From IMG/VR virus record IMGVR_UViG_3300022231_000010, positions 1 through 64,000 of that record: a DNA stretch of 64,000 nucleotides. One strand, written 5' to 3'. The position numbers were made by a program, and so were the translations under genes. The DNA comes from a virus. The notes beneath the pieces are model-generated. The model was not told where the DNA came from. It saw only the letters and a program-made list of their open reading frames with translations, and ran no database searches. Positions 17,795 through 25,906 of the stretch are shown here, piece after piece; the stretch's first letter is position 1; each line of letters starts with the position of its first letter.

Positions 17795-17882
17795 TTTCCC
17801 ATGTCATGAACAGATCCATTCCCAGCCCAACTGGGCGATGGAGAAAGGATATCTAACCAAAGCCTACAGAAGGGCACATTAA
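17499..17882 (+). CDS. HNH endonuclease (small phage HNH family)
   Basis: 127 aa. MKRTPLRRKARLK... basic N-terminus, then CAVCGRP...WHHPSGRR...VCDFPCHEQIH (Cys and His metal ligands of the HNH fold). Confidence 0.8.
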   Translation: MKRTPLRRKARLKTSSLKPKPSWKSLKAKGSTKRSSLKPVSDKRKKWLQEYSALKKLLGLSQSCAVCGRPIQMGMGASWHHPSGRRTKADLLTIIPVCDFPCHEQIHSQPNWAMEKGYLTKAYRRAH

Positions 17883-17889
17883 CAAACAC

Positions 17890-18219
17890 ATGAAAAAAGA
17901 AGTAATAAAGCTGGCAGACCAGATGGTTATTACCCAGAGAGGCAAGTTCGTCATGGACTTCACTTCGGGTGAATCACTGAAGCTGAAGGTAGAGGGCTTT
18001 GCAGCCGCTCTGGAAGACGAGACCAAAGACCTTGGAGATATCGAGCCGGGTCTTCTCAAGGAAGCTACACAGCTGGCTATTCTAGCCTATCTTGGCGGAA
18101 TTCTGGACGACTACGTCCATCACATGGTCGGAGTCAAAACCGATACCATCGAATCCGCTGAAGAAGTGTCATCCAACCTTACAATCCAAGGAGGCAGCCA
18201 AGATGGACTTACTCTCTGA
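17890..18219 (+). CDS. Hypothetical protein
   Basis: 109-aa ORF. Confidence 0.65.
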   Translation: MKKEVIKLADQMVITQRGKFVMDFTSGESLKLKVEGFAAALEDETKDLGDIEPGLLKEATQLAILAYLGGILDDYVHHMVGVKTDTIESAEEVSSNLTIQGGSQDGLTL

Positions 18220-18667
18220 TATCAAATCTGGAATGAGCCAAGATGTAGCCGATGCTCTAGTTGAGCTATTCCTTTCTGATCCAACGTTCCCAAAAGAACA
18301 AGCTGAAGCCACAAGCGGAATCGTTGCTGTCTGCCACGGACTTGCCTACAAGTCAGGCTGGTGGACGAAAAACGGAGAGGATGTCACCCAAACAGGTAAC
18401 TTCAATGTCCCGGAGAAGCTTTGTCTGATCCACTCTGAGATCTCAGAGGCGATGGAAGGATTCCGTAAAGATCTTATGGATGACCACTTGCCTCATAGAA
18501 AGATGGTAGAAGTGGAGCTGGCGGACGCCGTCATCCGCATCTTCGATCTGGCCGGGGCCTTGAGATTGGATATTGGGGGAGCGATGGTCGAGAAGCTTGC
18601 CTATAACCAGAAGAGAGCCGACCACCGCCCTGAGAACAGAGAACAAGAAGGAGGAAAGAAGTTCTAA
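18203..18667 (+). CDS. MazG-like nucleotide pyrophosphohydrolase
   Basis: The ATG at 18203 is preceded by AAGGAGG. EKLCLIHSEISEAMEGFRK...ELADAVIRIFDLAG...KLAYNQKRADH fits the all-alpha NTP-PPase pattern. Confidence 0.8.
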   Translation: MDLLSDIKSGMSQDVADALVELFLSDPTFPKEQAEATSGIVAVCHGLAYKSGWWTKNGEDVTQTGNFNVPEKLCLIHSEISEAMEGFRKDLMDDHLPHRKMVEVELADAVIRIFDLAGALRLDIGGAMVEKLAYNQKRADHRPENREQEGGKKF

Positions 18668-18954
18668 TGATTGATCCAAATTGCGAAACATGCGGAGGGA
18701 CCGGAATGACTCAAGGCTGGAATCCAACATACAGAGATCCAGACAATGCTCTGGGTTATCCAGATGCCGAGCCGTGCCATTGTCTTGATTTGACTTCTTT
18801 GGTAGCGGCGGGAGTGATGGGAAACACAGTATCGTTTAACGATCCGAATGGAGTCCTCATTGATGCTCCCGTTTCCGATCCAGACGATGACTTTGACGAG
18901 CCACTCGGCAATGCCTACTGCGGTTTGGATGGTCCGTGTGAGTCGTGCACGTAA
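18667..18954 (+). CDS. Cys-rich protein with a DnaJ-type CxxCxGxG zinc-finger motif
   Basis: 95 aa. CETCGGTG near the N-terminus and CESC at the C-terminus. Confidence 0.6.
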   Translation: MIDPNCETCGGTGMTQGWNPTYRDPDNALGYPDAEPCHCLDLTSLVAAGVMGNTVSFNDPNGVLIDAPVSDPDDDFDEPLGNAYCGLDGPCESCT

Positions 18955-19208
18955 TGAAACACAACCCATCCATCATCTACTGTTCGGGAGATGGCTGCTG
19001 GTATCACAGCCGTTGTCCCAAAGCTCTGACGCCTGAGATCAAAGCTGATGCCGAGCTTAGGCGGCGGGTGGTGGATGTTTATGGCGACCCTCTGAAGCTT
19101 TCTTGCTGGCGGGACACACCCGTCTCCCAGCAGGAAGCCCAAGAGGCAATCGACCGAATCCACCCGCAAGGAAGAGAAGAAACACCAGAAGAACCATCAT
19201 GGGACTGA
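18954..19208 (+). CDS. Hypothetical protein
   Basis: The ATG at 18954 overlaps the upstream TAA (TAATG). The track ORF starts at a GTG at 18945. Confidence 0.6.
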   Translation: MKHNPSIIYCSGDGCWYHSRCPKALTPEIKADAELRRRVVDVYGDPLKLSCWRDTPVSQQEAQEAIDRIHPQGREETPEEPSWD

Positions 19209-19212
19209 ACAA

Positions 19213-19695
19213 ATGAAAAAGAAACTCAGAACAACACCCCTAAGAAGGGATTGGACCAATCACCCATCGGCCAAAGGCCTCTTGGGAGAGAAGGACTTCA
19301 GCGTCCACAATAGGGCCAGACTACATTGCAAGGTCTTGGTGTTCGACACGAAGAAGAACATGGAGAGATTCTGGAGCTTGGCTCTTGGGCTTAAGCTTCG
19401 GGGTGCTTTGGGGGCTGTGAATTGCCTAGGGGAAATCTTCCAGAAAGATGGAGTCGATGAATACGTCGAGCTTGACCCTCGCTACTTCTGTGTCTGTTCA
19501 TTCGTCAAAAGACACCTGAACACCGAAGTCTTGATCCATGAGATGGTTCACGTAGGCGAGGAATACCAGAAGCGTGTTGGATTCAAAGGCTGGCCCGGAG
19601 AAGACGGGATGCCCGTGGAGGGGATTGCTTATCCTGCTGGAATCATCGGCTGGCAGGTCAACAAATGGCTTCATGAAAACAATCTCTACCCATGA
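19213..19695 (+). CDS. Hypothetical protein with an HExxH motif (possible zinc metallopeptidase)
   Basis: 160 aa. VLIHEMVHVGEEY. Confidence 0.55.
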   Translation: MKKKLRTTPLRRDWTNHPSAKGLLGEKDFSVHNRARLHCKVLVFDTKKNMERFWSLALGLKLRGALGAVNCLGEIFQKDGVDEYVELDPRYFCVCSFVKRHLNTEVLIHEMVHVGEEYQKRVGFKGWPGEDGMPVEGIAYPAGIIGWQVNKWLHENNLYP

Positions 19696-19913
19696 CTGAG
19701 CCAGATCTAATCAACGAACCGCCCCATTACAGAGCCCATCCAAAAGGAATCGAGGCCATCGACGTAATCGAGGACTGTCCATATCCGAATGTGGCGAATG
19801 CCATCAAGTATCTCTGGAGATCCAGCTGGGGAAGCAAAGGCTCAGATCAGATGGACTTGGAGAAGGCAAGATGGTATATCGACCGAGAAATCAAACGTAG
19901 ATTCCCACAATGA
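19692..19913 (+). CDS. DUF3310 family protein
   Basis: 73 aa. PPHY...GIEAIDVIE...NAIKYLWR...DLEKARWYI matches the DUF3310 pattern. Confidence 0.75.
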   Translation: MTEPDLINEPPHYRAHPKGIEAIDVIEDCPYPNVANAIKYLWRSSWGSKGSDQMDLEKARWYIDREIKRRFPQ

Positions 19914-20206
19914 GTATGCCCCGTCATCACTATTTCCGCCAACCCATGCTCGCCCCACGCGGCGGATGGTGGGTTCCAGTCCCCGGCATCAACCCCCAGC
20001 CAACATGGGATTCTCTTGTCCAAGTCGTGAGAGCCCGCCAAGGCGATGCTTTCATTGGAGAGGACAGGGTAGCATTCATGATCTGCGAACGTGACCCCCA
20101 ATACTGCCACAAGCTGGAAGACCTCCGGACCATAGCCAACAAGCCAGCTGGTTGTTCTTCTTGCGCCCGGAGAGCCCAACAACGAAACGGAGGAAGGATC
20201 AGATGA
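19910..20206 (+). CDS. Hypothetical protein
   Basis: 98-aa ORF with coupled starts and stops. Confidence 0.6.
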   Translation: MSMPRHHYFRQPMLAPRGGWWVPVPGINPQPTWDSLVQVVRARQGDAFIGEDRVAFMICERDPQYCHKLEDLRTIANKPAGCSSCARRAQQRNGGRIR

Positions 20207-20469
20207 CATGGAAACCGCCTTGGGAATTATCGGAGTCTTCGCGATCATCACTGCCATCTACTGGCTCATCGGACTCGAACCATTTGACTCAGACGACGAC
20301 AACGGCTTCTGGTGACTACCCGGACACCACAGCCGGACGGGTCTTCATCAAAGCCCCAAAAGGCTATCCCATCCGTGGGACATGGGTCTGGCCGGGAAAG
20401 AGAATCCACTGGATCTCTCCGGGAGGCGGGACCGGAAAGGATTCCAAACTAAGTTACCAAATCTACTAA
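20203..20469 (+). CDS. Hypothetical protein
   Basis: The ATG at 20203 overlaps the upstream stop (ATGA) and lies about 10 nt after GGAGGAAGG. Its stop overlaps the PTH2 ATG (TAATG). S/T-rich middle, and a C-terminal part YPIRGTWVWPGKRIHWISPGG. Confidence 0.5.
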   Translation: MTWKPPWELSESSRSSLPSTGSSDSNHLTQTTTTASGDYPDTTAGRVFIKAPKGYPIRGTWVWPGKRIHWISPGGGTGKDSKLSYQIY

Positions 20470-20888
20470 TGAAAAACACCAAACAAGTGATTGTGATCCG
20501 GAAGGATCTGAATATGAGGAAAGGGAAGATCGCCGCTCAAGCGAGCCATGCCTCCATGGCCTTCCTGACCTCCAATGGATATATCGACATCAATGAGATG
20601 TCCGATGCCTTCAGGGATACCTTCCGAAGCTCGGTTAGAAAGGACTTTGCTGAAGAGATCTCTCACTGGCTGGACAAGTCCTTCAAGAAGGTCTGCGTCT
20701 ATGTTGAATCCGAGGATGAACTAAAAGCTGTTCATGGTGCAGCCAAGTTGGCCGGATTGGCGTCTTATCTAATCGAAGACAACGGGGCTACGGAATTCAG
20801 GGGTGTTGTAACCCCAACATGCGTAGCCATTGGCCCCCATTGGGAAGAACGATTCGTCGGCATTACAGACCAACTCCCCCTTTACTAA
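20469..20888 (+). CDS. Peptidyl-tRNA hydrolase, PTH2 family
   Basis: 139 aa. KQVIVIRKDLNMRKGKIAAQASHAS ... IEDNGATEFRGVVTPTCVAIGP fits the PTH2 signature. Confidence 0.85.
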   Translation: MKNTKQVIVIRKDLNMRKGKIAAQASHASMAFLTSNGYIDINEMSDAFRDTFRSSVRKDFAEEISHWLDKSFKKVCVYVESEDELKAVHGAAKLAGLASYLIEDNGATEFRGVVTPTCVAIGPHWEERFVGITDQLPLY

Positions 20889-21181
20889 TGAAAACACTAC
20901 AACCAACGATCCATCTCGCGCTTATCATCTACGCGATCACCTTCTTGCTGGCGCAGAGCCACATCTTCAAGTCTCCAAGAGAGGCTTTTGGCAGGCTTCT
21001 GGATCGCCTATTCGGGGAATCGCGCTACGAGTTCGAGGAATGCCGCATGTGCGTCGGATTTTGGGTAAGCCTCCTTCTATGGCTTGCTTTCTACATCGCT
21101 GGATGGGCGGGTGACTACGACCTGCTTGCTTTCCTAGCCGCCTACGGCCTCAGCTACTTCCTAGCCACACAAGAGAGATGA
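20888..21181 (+). CDS. DUF1360-like membrane protein
   Basis: 97 aa from the ATG at 20888 (TAATG overlap). Hydrophobic helices and a CRMCVGFW motif. Confidence 0.65.
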   Translation: MKTLQPTIHLALIIYAITFLLAQSHIFKSPREAFGRLLDRLFGESRYEFEECRMCVGFWVSLLLWLAFYIAGWAGDYDLLAFLAAYGLSYFLATQER

Positions 21182-21372
21182 AGCTATTCCTTCTTAGGCT
21201 GGTCCCGGACTGCTTGTGGAAGCGCAGACTGTGTGGTGGATACTGGATGTATTACAACACACACCTTCCAATGACCTTTGTTTGGTCTCAGGTCAGCATC
21301 CCAGCCAGACAAGCCTGCCAATTCGGGTCAGCAACCATCGAATACCACGGACCAATCAACTACCGCTTATGA
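21178..21372 (+). CDS. Hypothetical protein
   Basis: 64-aa ORF with coupled overlaps. Confidence 0.45.
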   Translation: MKLFLLRLVPDCLWKRRLCGGYWMYYNTHLPMTFVWSQVSIPARQACQFGSATIEYHGPINYRL

Positions 21373-21572
21373 CCACCTACAAATACAACATCCAGACCCA
21401 GAAGATGGGTGAAGTCTGGGTCGCCTGCGAGCCGATCCTCCAAGTATCATCCATCGGCAAGACCGAAGCAGATGCCATTCTCGGCGTTCTCGATGCCATT
21501 TCTTCCCATGTCCGGTCGAAATCCAAGCGGGTCGTAGTCCCTCTGGAAGAGATCCGCAAGGAGTGGTCTTAG
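21369..21572 (+). CDS. HicB-like / UPF0150-fold small protein (tentative)
   Basis: 67 aa from the ATG at 21369. YNIQTQKMGEVWVACEPILQVSSIGKTEADAILGVLDAI resembles the HicB N-domain pattern. Confidence 0.4.
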   Translation: MTTYKYNIQTQKMGEVWVACEPILQVSSIGKTEADAILGVLDAISSHVRSKSKRVVVPLEEIRKEWS

Positions 21573-21710
21573 CGAGAAGATCAGATCGAAGCCCAGAAAA
21601 GCAAGAGAGCCGCAGCTATCAAGAAGCTGAATGAACAAAGGAAGGAGTTTGAATAGGCTTGCAAGAGGAGAGAGGCTCAGATTAATAGCCCATGGGTAAC
21701 ACTTCCATCC

Positions 21711-21971
21711 ATGAGCTATAGATACTCTTTCGAGGATCTGGAAAAGATGGGCCTCAGGGGATACGCTCCTCATAGGTGCGACAACTGCGGGTTTCCTCTG
21801 GCATTCCGCTATCCAGTAGCTGGAGACTGCACGGCCACAGCCCAATGCGCTTGTTGTGGGAAACGCCATACTAAGACTGGAGCCGAGCTGAATGCAATAC
21901 CCGGGCCAATCGGCGTGGCAGGGCCTCAATGTCCTCCTTGTCAAAATCCCGACGGAAGCCCCAAGACCTGA
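21711..21971 (+). CDS. Cys-rich hypothetical protein
   Basis: 86 aa. Cys pairs CDNCG, CACCG and CPPC suggest a zinc ribbon. Confidence 0.5.
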   Translation: MSYRYSFEDLEKMGLRGYAPHRCDNCGFPLAFRYPVAGDCTATAQCACCGKRHTKTGAELNAIPGPIGVAGPQCPPCQNPDGSPKT

Positions 21972-21987
21972 GCAACGTGTCATCCAT

Positions 21988-22149
21988 ATGTTAAACAACT
22001 TCCAATGGTATCGTAAATGGAGAGGCGGCTACTACGCTTCTTGCACAGGACTAATGTGGGGAAGGAACTGGATAAGGCTACACCCTGAAGGATACTGGCG
22101 CGCTGAAGAAATATGGATCAACGGAGTCAAGCAGCCGATAGAGCCCTAG
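21988..22149 (+). CDS. Hypothetical small protein
   Basis: 53 aa from the ATG at 21988 (MLNNFQWYRKWRGGYY...). Last ORF before a terminator hairpin. Confidence 0.4.
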   Translation: MLNNFQWYRKWRGGYYASCTGLMWGRNWIRLHPEGYWRAEEIWINGVKQPIEP

Positions 22150-22160
22150 CACCCTGATAA

Positions 22161-22197
22161 AGCCTCTCTCTTACCCCTAGGAGAGGGGCTTCTTCAT
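22161..22197 (+). terminator. Hairpin terminator candidate
   Basis: AGCCTCTCTC TTACCCCTAG GAGAGGGGCT forms a 10-bp stem with one G.U pair, followed by TCTTCAT. Confidence 0.45.
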
Positions 22198-22380
22198 CTA
22201 CAGGGAAAACCCTCTTAAATACACCACAGTAGCTCACAGGGGCTCCTACACCCCAAAGAAGGGGTAGGGTGTCTTTTCTCCACACAGCCAGAGAAAGAGA
22301 GGGGACCCAAAGAAAAAAGCTAAAGAGTGCCAAGGGAACACCCTCTAGGAAGACAGGGAAAGAGTGGTGGGCTATCTCTC

Positions 22381-22434
22381 ATGTGTGTGGCAGAGAGTCT
22401 TTCTCGTATGTGTGGGGTAGAGAGTCTTTCTCTT
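22381..22434. repeat. Tandem 27-bp direct repeat (2 copies, imperfect)
   Basis: ATGTGTGTGGCAGAGAGTCTTTCTCGT followed by ATGTGTGGGGTAGAGAGTCTTTCTCTT, inside a 680-bp non-coding region. Confidence 0.65.
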
Positions 22435-22829
22435 GTATCTGTGTGTGACTCCTATTCCCTCTGATTCCTTGGGACTCCTCTCAGCTCAGCCCCTCCCCCA
22501 CCCCCGCCATCCGGTCTAAGCTTTCTCCGGGGGCCCCATGCTCTTTCTTTGATCAGCTCGCTGCGCTCGTTTCAGCAGCGGCTTGCCTCTCTCTCTTCCC
22601 TCCTCTCAGCCTCTCTCTTCTTCTTCGCTGGCGCTCTTTCTTTGTGAGACAAAGCTAGGCTTTATATAGAAAACAAAGAGATCTGAGCCCTATAGCTGAG
22701 AATCTTGCTAAGCTTAGTAATCTTATAAGGATAGTAAGCTTGAGAGGAGAGAGAAAGCCTTGGTAGCGATGCTGAGCACAGCTCAGCTCGCGGGCTCGCT
22801 GGGGATAAGATCTTCGTGTTGATTGTGTT

Positions 22830-23048
22830 ATGAATAAAAGAACCATGTTGGATGTGTTGGCTGTGCTTGGTCTTATCCCGGAAGGCTATGCTGTGTTGAA
22901 TGAAGCAGTTGTTAGCGTAAAGTATGATGGGGATGAGTTGGTCTTGATCAACTTTGATATCATGCGATTGGAGAGAGCTAAGAAGCAGGATGGCTATTGC
23001 TGGATTCTGTGTTCTCCTACAGAGATGGTGGAGGTCTTTGGTCTCTGA
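22830..23048 (+). CDS. Hypothetical protein
   Basis: 72-aa ORF, first after the 22.15-22.83 kb non-coding region. Confidence 0.55.
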   Translation: MNKRTMLDVLAVLGLIPEGYAVLNEAVVSVKYDGDELVLINFDIMRLERAKKQDGYCWILCSPTEMVEVFGL

Positions 23049-23069
23049 TAGCTCTTATTCTCTACCTAT

Positions 23070-23342
23070 ATGGATACGACACTTACTCGCGCCGATCGGG
23101 GGTTGGATGACTGGCTTGAGAGCTTGCATCCGAAGACCCAGCTCAGGCTTCAGAAGCTGATCAAAGATGGGCTTGTGCCAGATGAGCTCAAAGCACTCAG
23201 ATGGGTGCTTGAAGGCATTGGAGTGCAGGTCGTCTTGGAAGAATGGGATGATAAGCTGCAAAGGCGTATTCGTTCCCTTGGGTATTTCGATCCACCTACT
23301 AGCGTCACCTATAAGGATGATGTGCTATGGATTCTCTGGTAA
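23070..23342 (+). CDS. Hypothetical protein
   Basis: 90-aa ORF. Confidence 0.6.
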   Translation: MDTTLTRADRGLDDWLESLHPKTQLRLQKLIKDGLVPDELKALRWVLEGIGVQVVLEEWDDKLQRRIRSLGYFDPPTSVTYKDDVLWILW

Positions 23343-23434
23343 TCACTGAGCCCTAGGACATGGCTGGCAAACTGTCCTCAACAAAGCATTAGATCATCTG
23401 AGGCCTTGCGGCCTTGGGTCACTATTATACGAAC

Positions 23435-23830
23435 ATGAAATCAAACACACTTCTCACACTGGCGATCATCACATTGGTCGCCGCGTTCGCAGCTCTCAGC
23501 ATGGACAAAGCATGGCTGAGCACTGGGCTTGCAGTTCTGGCTGTTGTCATGCTGCTTCTCACCTATTGGACTGAAGAGCTGGCTAAGAAAGCTGCTCAAC
23601 CAAGCCGTCTTACCTTCGGAACCAAGCGGATCTCGCCAGATGGCTCACGCTATGAATGGTGGAATGGGACGCATTGGTTGGAGCATTCAGACTTCACAGC
23701 AAGGCTACTTGAAGAAGCTCACGTTCAGGACGCTGTTCCCCCATATGTGTTCTTTGAACGCATGAGAGATGCTTATGAGGTGAATGAATACATCCCTCTG
23801 GAAGCAGCTAACAAGCTGGCCAACTACTGA
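23435..23830 (+). CDS. Membrane protein with two N-terminal TM helices
   Basis: ATG at 23435. MKSNTLLTLAIITLVAAFAALS...GLAVLAVVMLLLTYW. Confidence 0.6.
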   Translation: MKSNTLLTLAIITLVAAFAALSMDKAWLSTGLAVLAVVMLLLTYWTEELAKKAAQPSRLTFGTKRISPDGSRYEWWNGTHWLEHSDFTARLLEEAHVQDAVPPYVFFERMRDAYEVNEYIPLEAANKLANY

Positions 23831-23906
23831 TCGTAGAAAGCCAGCTCAATAATCCTCCTTACGCGGCCAGCGGAGCATGGCACAATCTCTTTATACTCAA
23901 TAACTC

Positions 23907-24146
23907 ATGAATATACACAGATCACAAGAAAGTCTCCATTTGCTGGTGTTTTGCACCATTCTCAATGCCATCTGTTCAGCGACATGGCTTATGACTGACC
24001 TAAGAGTCGCACTGATGATGTGCATTCTCGGGCTGCTGGCTATTACCACGGCAGCTCTCTCACAAGACCACAGGATCTACAAAGCTCAGATCGTATTCTC
24101 CTTCCTCATTGGCCTCACAGGTCTCTACACAGCTCTCATTCGATAA
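23907..24146 (+). CDS. Small membrane protein (about 3 TM helices); holin-like topology is possible
   Basis: 79 aa, hydrophobic throughout. Confidence 0.5.
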   Translation: MNIHRSQESLHLLVFCTILNAICSATWLMTDLRVALMMCILGLLAITTAALSQDHRIYKAQIVFSFLIGLTGLYTALIR

Positions 24147-24150
24147 TCCC

Positions 24151-25314
24151 ATGTCCATTGCAATCGCAAGACAACTCGCCAAGGCTGCCGGTCTGCCAGT
24201 AAAAGACCGGAATGAAATCCCAGCATCGGAAATGCAGGAGATTGAGCGGTGGTTTCACCGAGTATCAGCAGATGTCTATCTGCCAAAGTCTGAGGAAGCC
24301 AGCCATGCCCTCCAGCAGGCCTCTAAAGCCGTCGATGAACAAAAAGAGGGTGAGTATAGCCAAAGGAGGTCAGAACGCTTCAGAGCACGCTCACAGCGCA
24401 GCTACGCGTCACGCCAGATTGGCAAGCGCACGATCAAGATCGACTTCGAAGAGAAGGTCGTGCTTGGAAGGAAAGAACGAGTGGGCGGCAAAGACATCAC
24501 GATCTACCGCTGCGAAGCTGAAATCCCCGGATGTTATGAATGGTCATTTGAAGGAAAGGACTACCAGAGCTGGATGGGCAAGCGTGAGCTTGCAATCATG
24601 CCACCTAAGTCTATCGGTGGCTACCTCAGCGGACGATATCCCGGATTCGACGTCGCCATTACGACTCAAGGAGTGGTCGCGGTTAAGATGTTCTCTGCTC
24701 CGGGAGCAGAGCCAATGGTGGTGCCAAAATACCGAGTATTCCTCAGCAAGAAGCTTCCGGGATGGTATCTCACATGGGAACGGCTTCTGCTTGAAGGCAG
24801 ATTGCTTGACCGTGACGCAGCGAAAGAACTATGGGCTGCCTACAATTCAGGAGAGATCAGCCAGCAAGAATACAGCGAGAAGCTGGCGATCTTGTGCCGG
24901 AAAGCAGAGAAGTTCGAAGATGATCCAGCCACAGGATGGTTGGAGATCAACGAAAAGGGGATGATCCAAGAAATGGAATACGACGACACGCGTGATGGCG
25001 TGGAAGTCGAAGAGACACTTGGCATGCTCTACAATCGTGGAAAACACGATGATGATGCTGTGATCTTCCCATCCATCTGCATCAAGCCTACCAACTACCA
25101 ATGGGAGGAATCGGACGAAGCTATCGAGACAGTGGAAGATGATCGTGTCATCGCAATGACTCTTGGTCTGAGCGAGAGAGCAGTCTCTGAAGCTGAAGAC
25201 GTCAGCACTCACATGGGAGAGTTCATCCGGAATGCCACGGCAATCCACAAGAAGGATGAAAAGACGCGTCGTAACAACGCAAAGATCGCCGAGGCTGAAG
25301 TCTCTGGATGGTAA
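24151..25314 (+). CDS. Hypothetical protein
   Basis: 387 aa from the ATG at 24151. No family recognised. Confidence 0.75.
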   Translation: MSIAIARQLAKAAGLPVKDRNEIPASEMQEIERWFHRVSADVYLPKSEEASHALQQASKAVDEQKEGEYSQRRSERFRARSQRSYASRQIGKRTIKIDFEEKVVLGRKERVGGKDITIYRCEAEIPGCYEWSFEGKDYQSWMGKRELAIMPPKSIGGYLSGRYPGFDVAITTQGVVAVKMFSAPGAEPMVVPKYRVFLSKKLPGWYLTWERLLLEGRLLDRDAAKELWAAYNSGEISQQEYSEKLAILCRKAEKFEDDPATGWLEINEKGMIQEMEYDDTRDGVEVEETLGMLYNRGKHDDDAVIFPSICIKPTNYQWEESDEAIETVEDDRVIAMTLGLSERAVSEAEDVSTHMGEFIRNATAIHKKDEKTRRNNAKIAEAEVSGW

Positions 25315-25342
25315 TCTTTCCTAAGCCAGAAGAGATTCTCAA

Positions 25343-25370
25343 AGAGGCTTCGCCTCTAGGGTTTGATTTG
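25343..25370 (+). terminator. Hairpin terminator candidate
   Basis: AGAGGC TTC GCCTCT followed by AGGGTTTGATTTG. Confidence 0.45.
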
Positions 25371-25465
25371 TGAGATCGGTTGAAAAACCACTCGCAGGCA
25401 TGACAACATAACCAGCAGTTAGCCTTCTGCGGCAAAAAGGCAAAACCGTCTAACTCAATACACAA

Positions 25466-25906
25466 ATGAAGACTACCACCGAAGACACCAAGAACATCAT
25501 CTTTCTCAACATGACCGGAGCCACCGCTTCTGCCGTCATCGCAGCTCGTCCTGAGCTGAAAGAGCTGAAGAAAGCGGGATTCACCAAGACCATCTGCCGC
25601 AAGCTGGGTGATGGCGGAAATCCAGAGATCAAGACGCTCGAAGAAGCAGAACTGAGCGGCGCGTGCGTCGTGAGCTTCAATGTCCCAGTCAACATCGCAG
25701 CCAAGGCCGACCGGGTAATCGAGATCCCCGTATCCAAGGCAATCGAGCGAAAGAAGCTCGGTGACAGCCTTCAGCCGGACGAGATGACTCTTCTTACGAA
25801 GGGACTGACGGACTTCATTCGCATGCCTCTGCGGGCGTTCATCACCAAGCAGGTTGCGCTCTCGGAAGCGCCAGCTGAAGAAGGCGAAGAGGACATCGCT
25901 TTCTAA
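25466..25906 (+). CDS. Hypothetical protein
   Basis: 146-aa ORF. Confidence 0.7.
   Translation: MKTTTEDTKNIIFLNMTGATASAVIAARPELKELKKAGFTKTICRKLGDGGNPEIKTLEEAELSGACVVSFNVPVNIAAKADRVIEIPVSKAIERKKLGDSLQPDEMTLLTKGLTDFIRMPLRAFITKQVALSEAPAEEGEEDIAF

Noticed and set aside
20208-20315. A 35-aa putative TM peptide, METALGIIGVFAIITAIYWLIGLEPFDSDDDNGFW, in an alternative frame.
   Set aside because: The overlapping 20203..20469 frame has the better-spaced Shine-Dalgarno sequence, and both of its ends are coupled to neighbours (ATGA, TAATG). The TM-like frame is probably a frame shadow, though it cannot be excluded.
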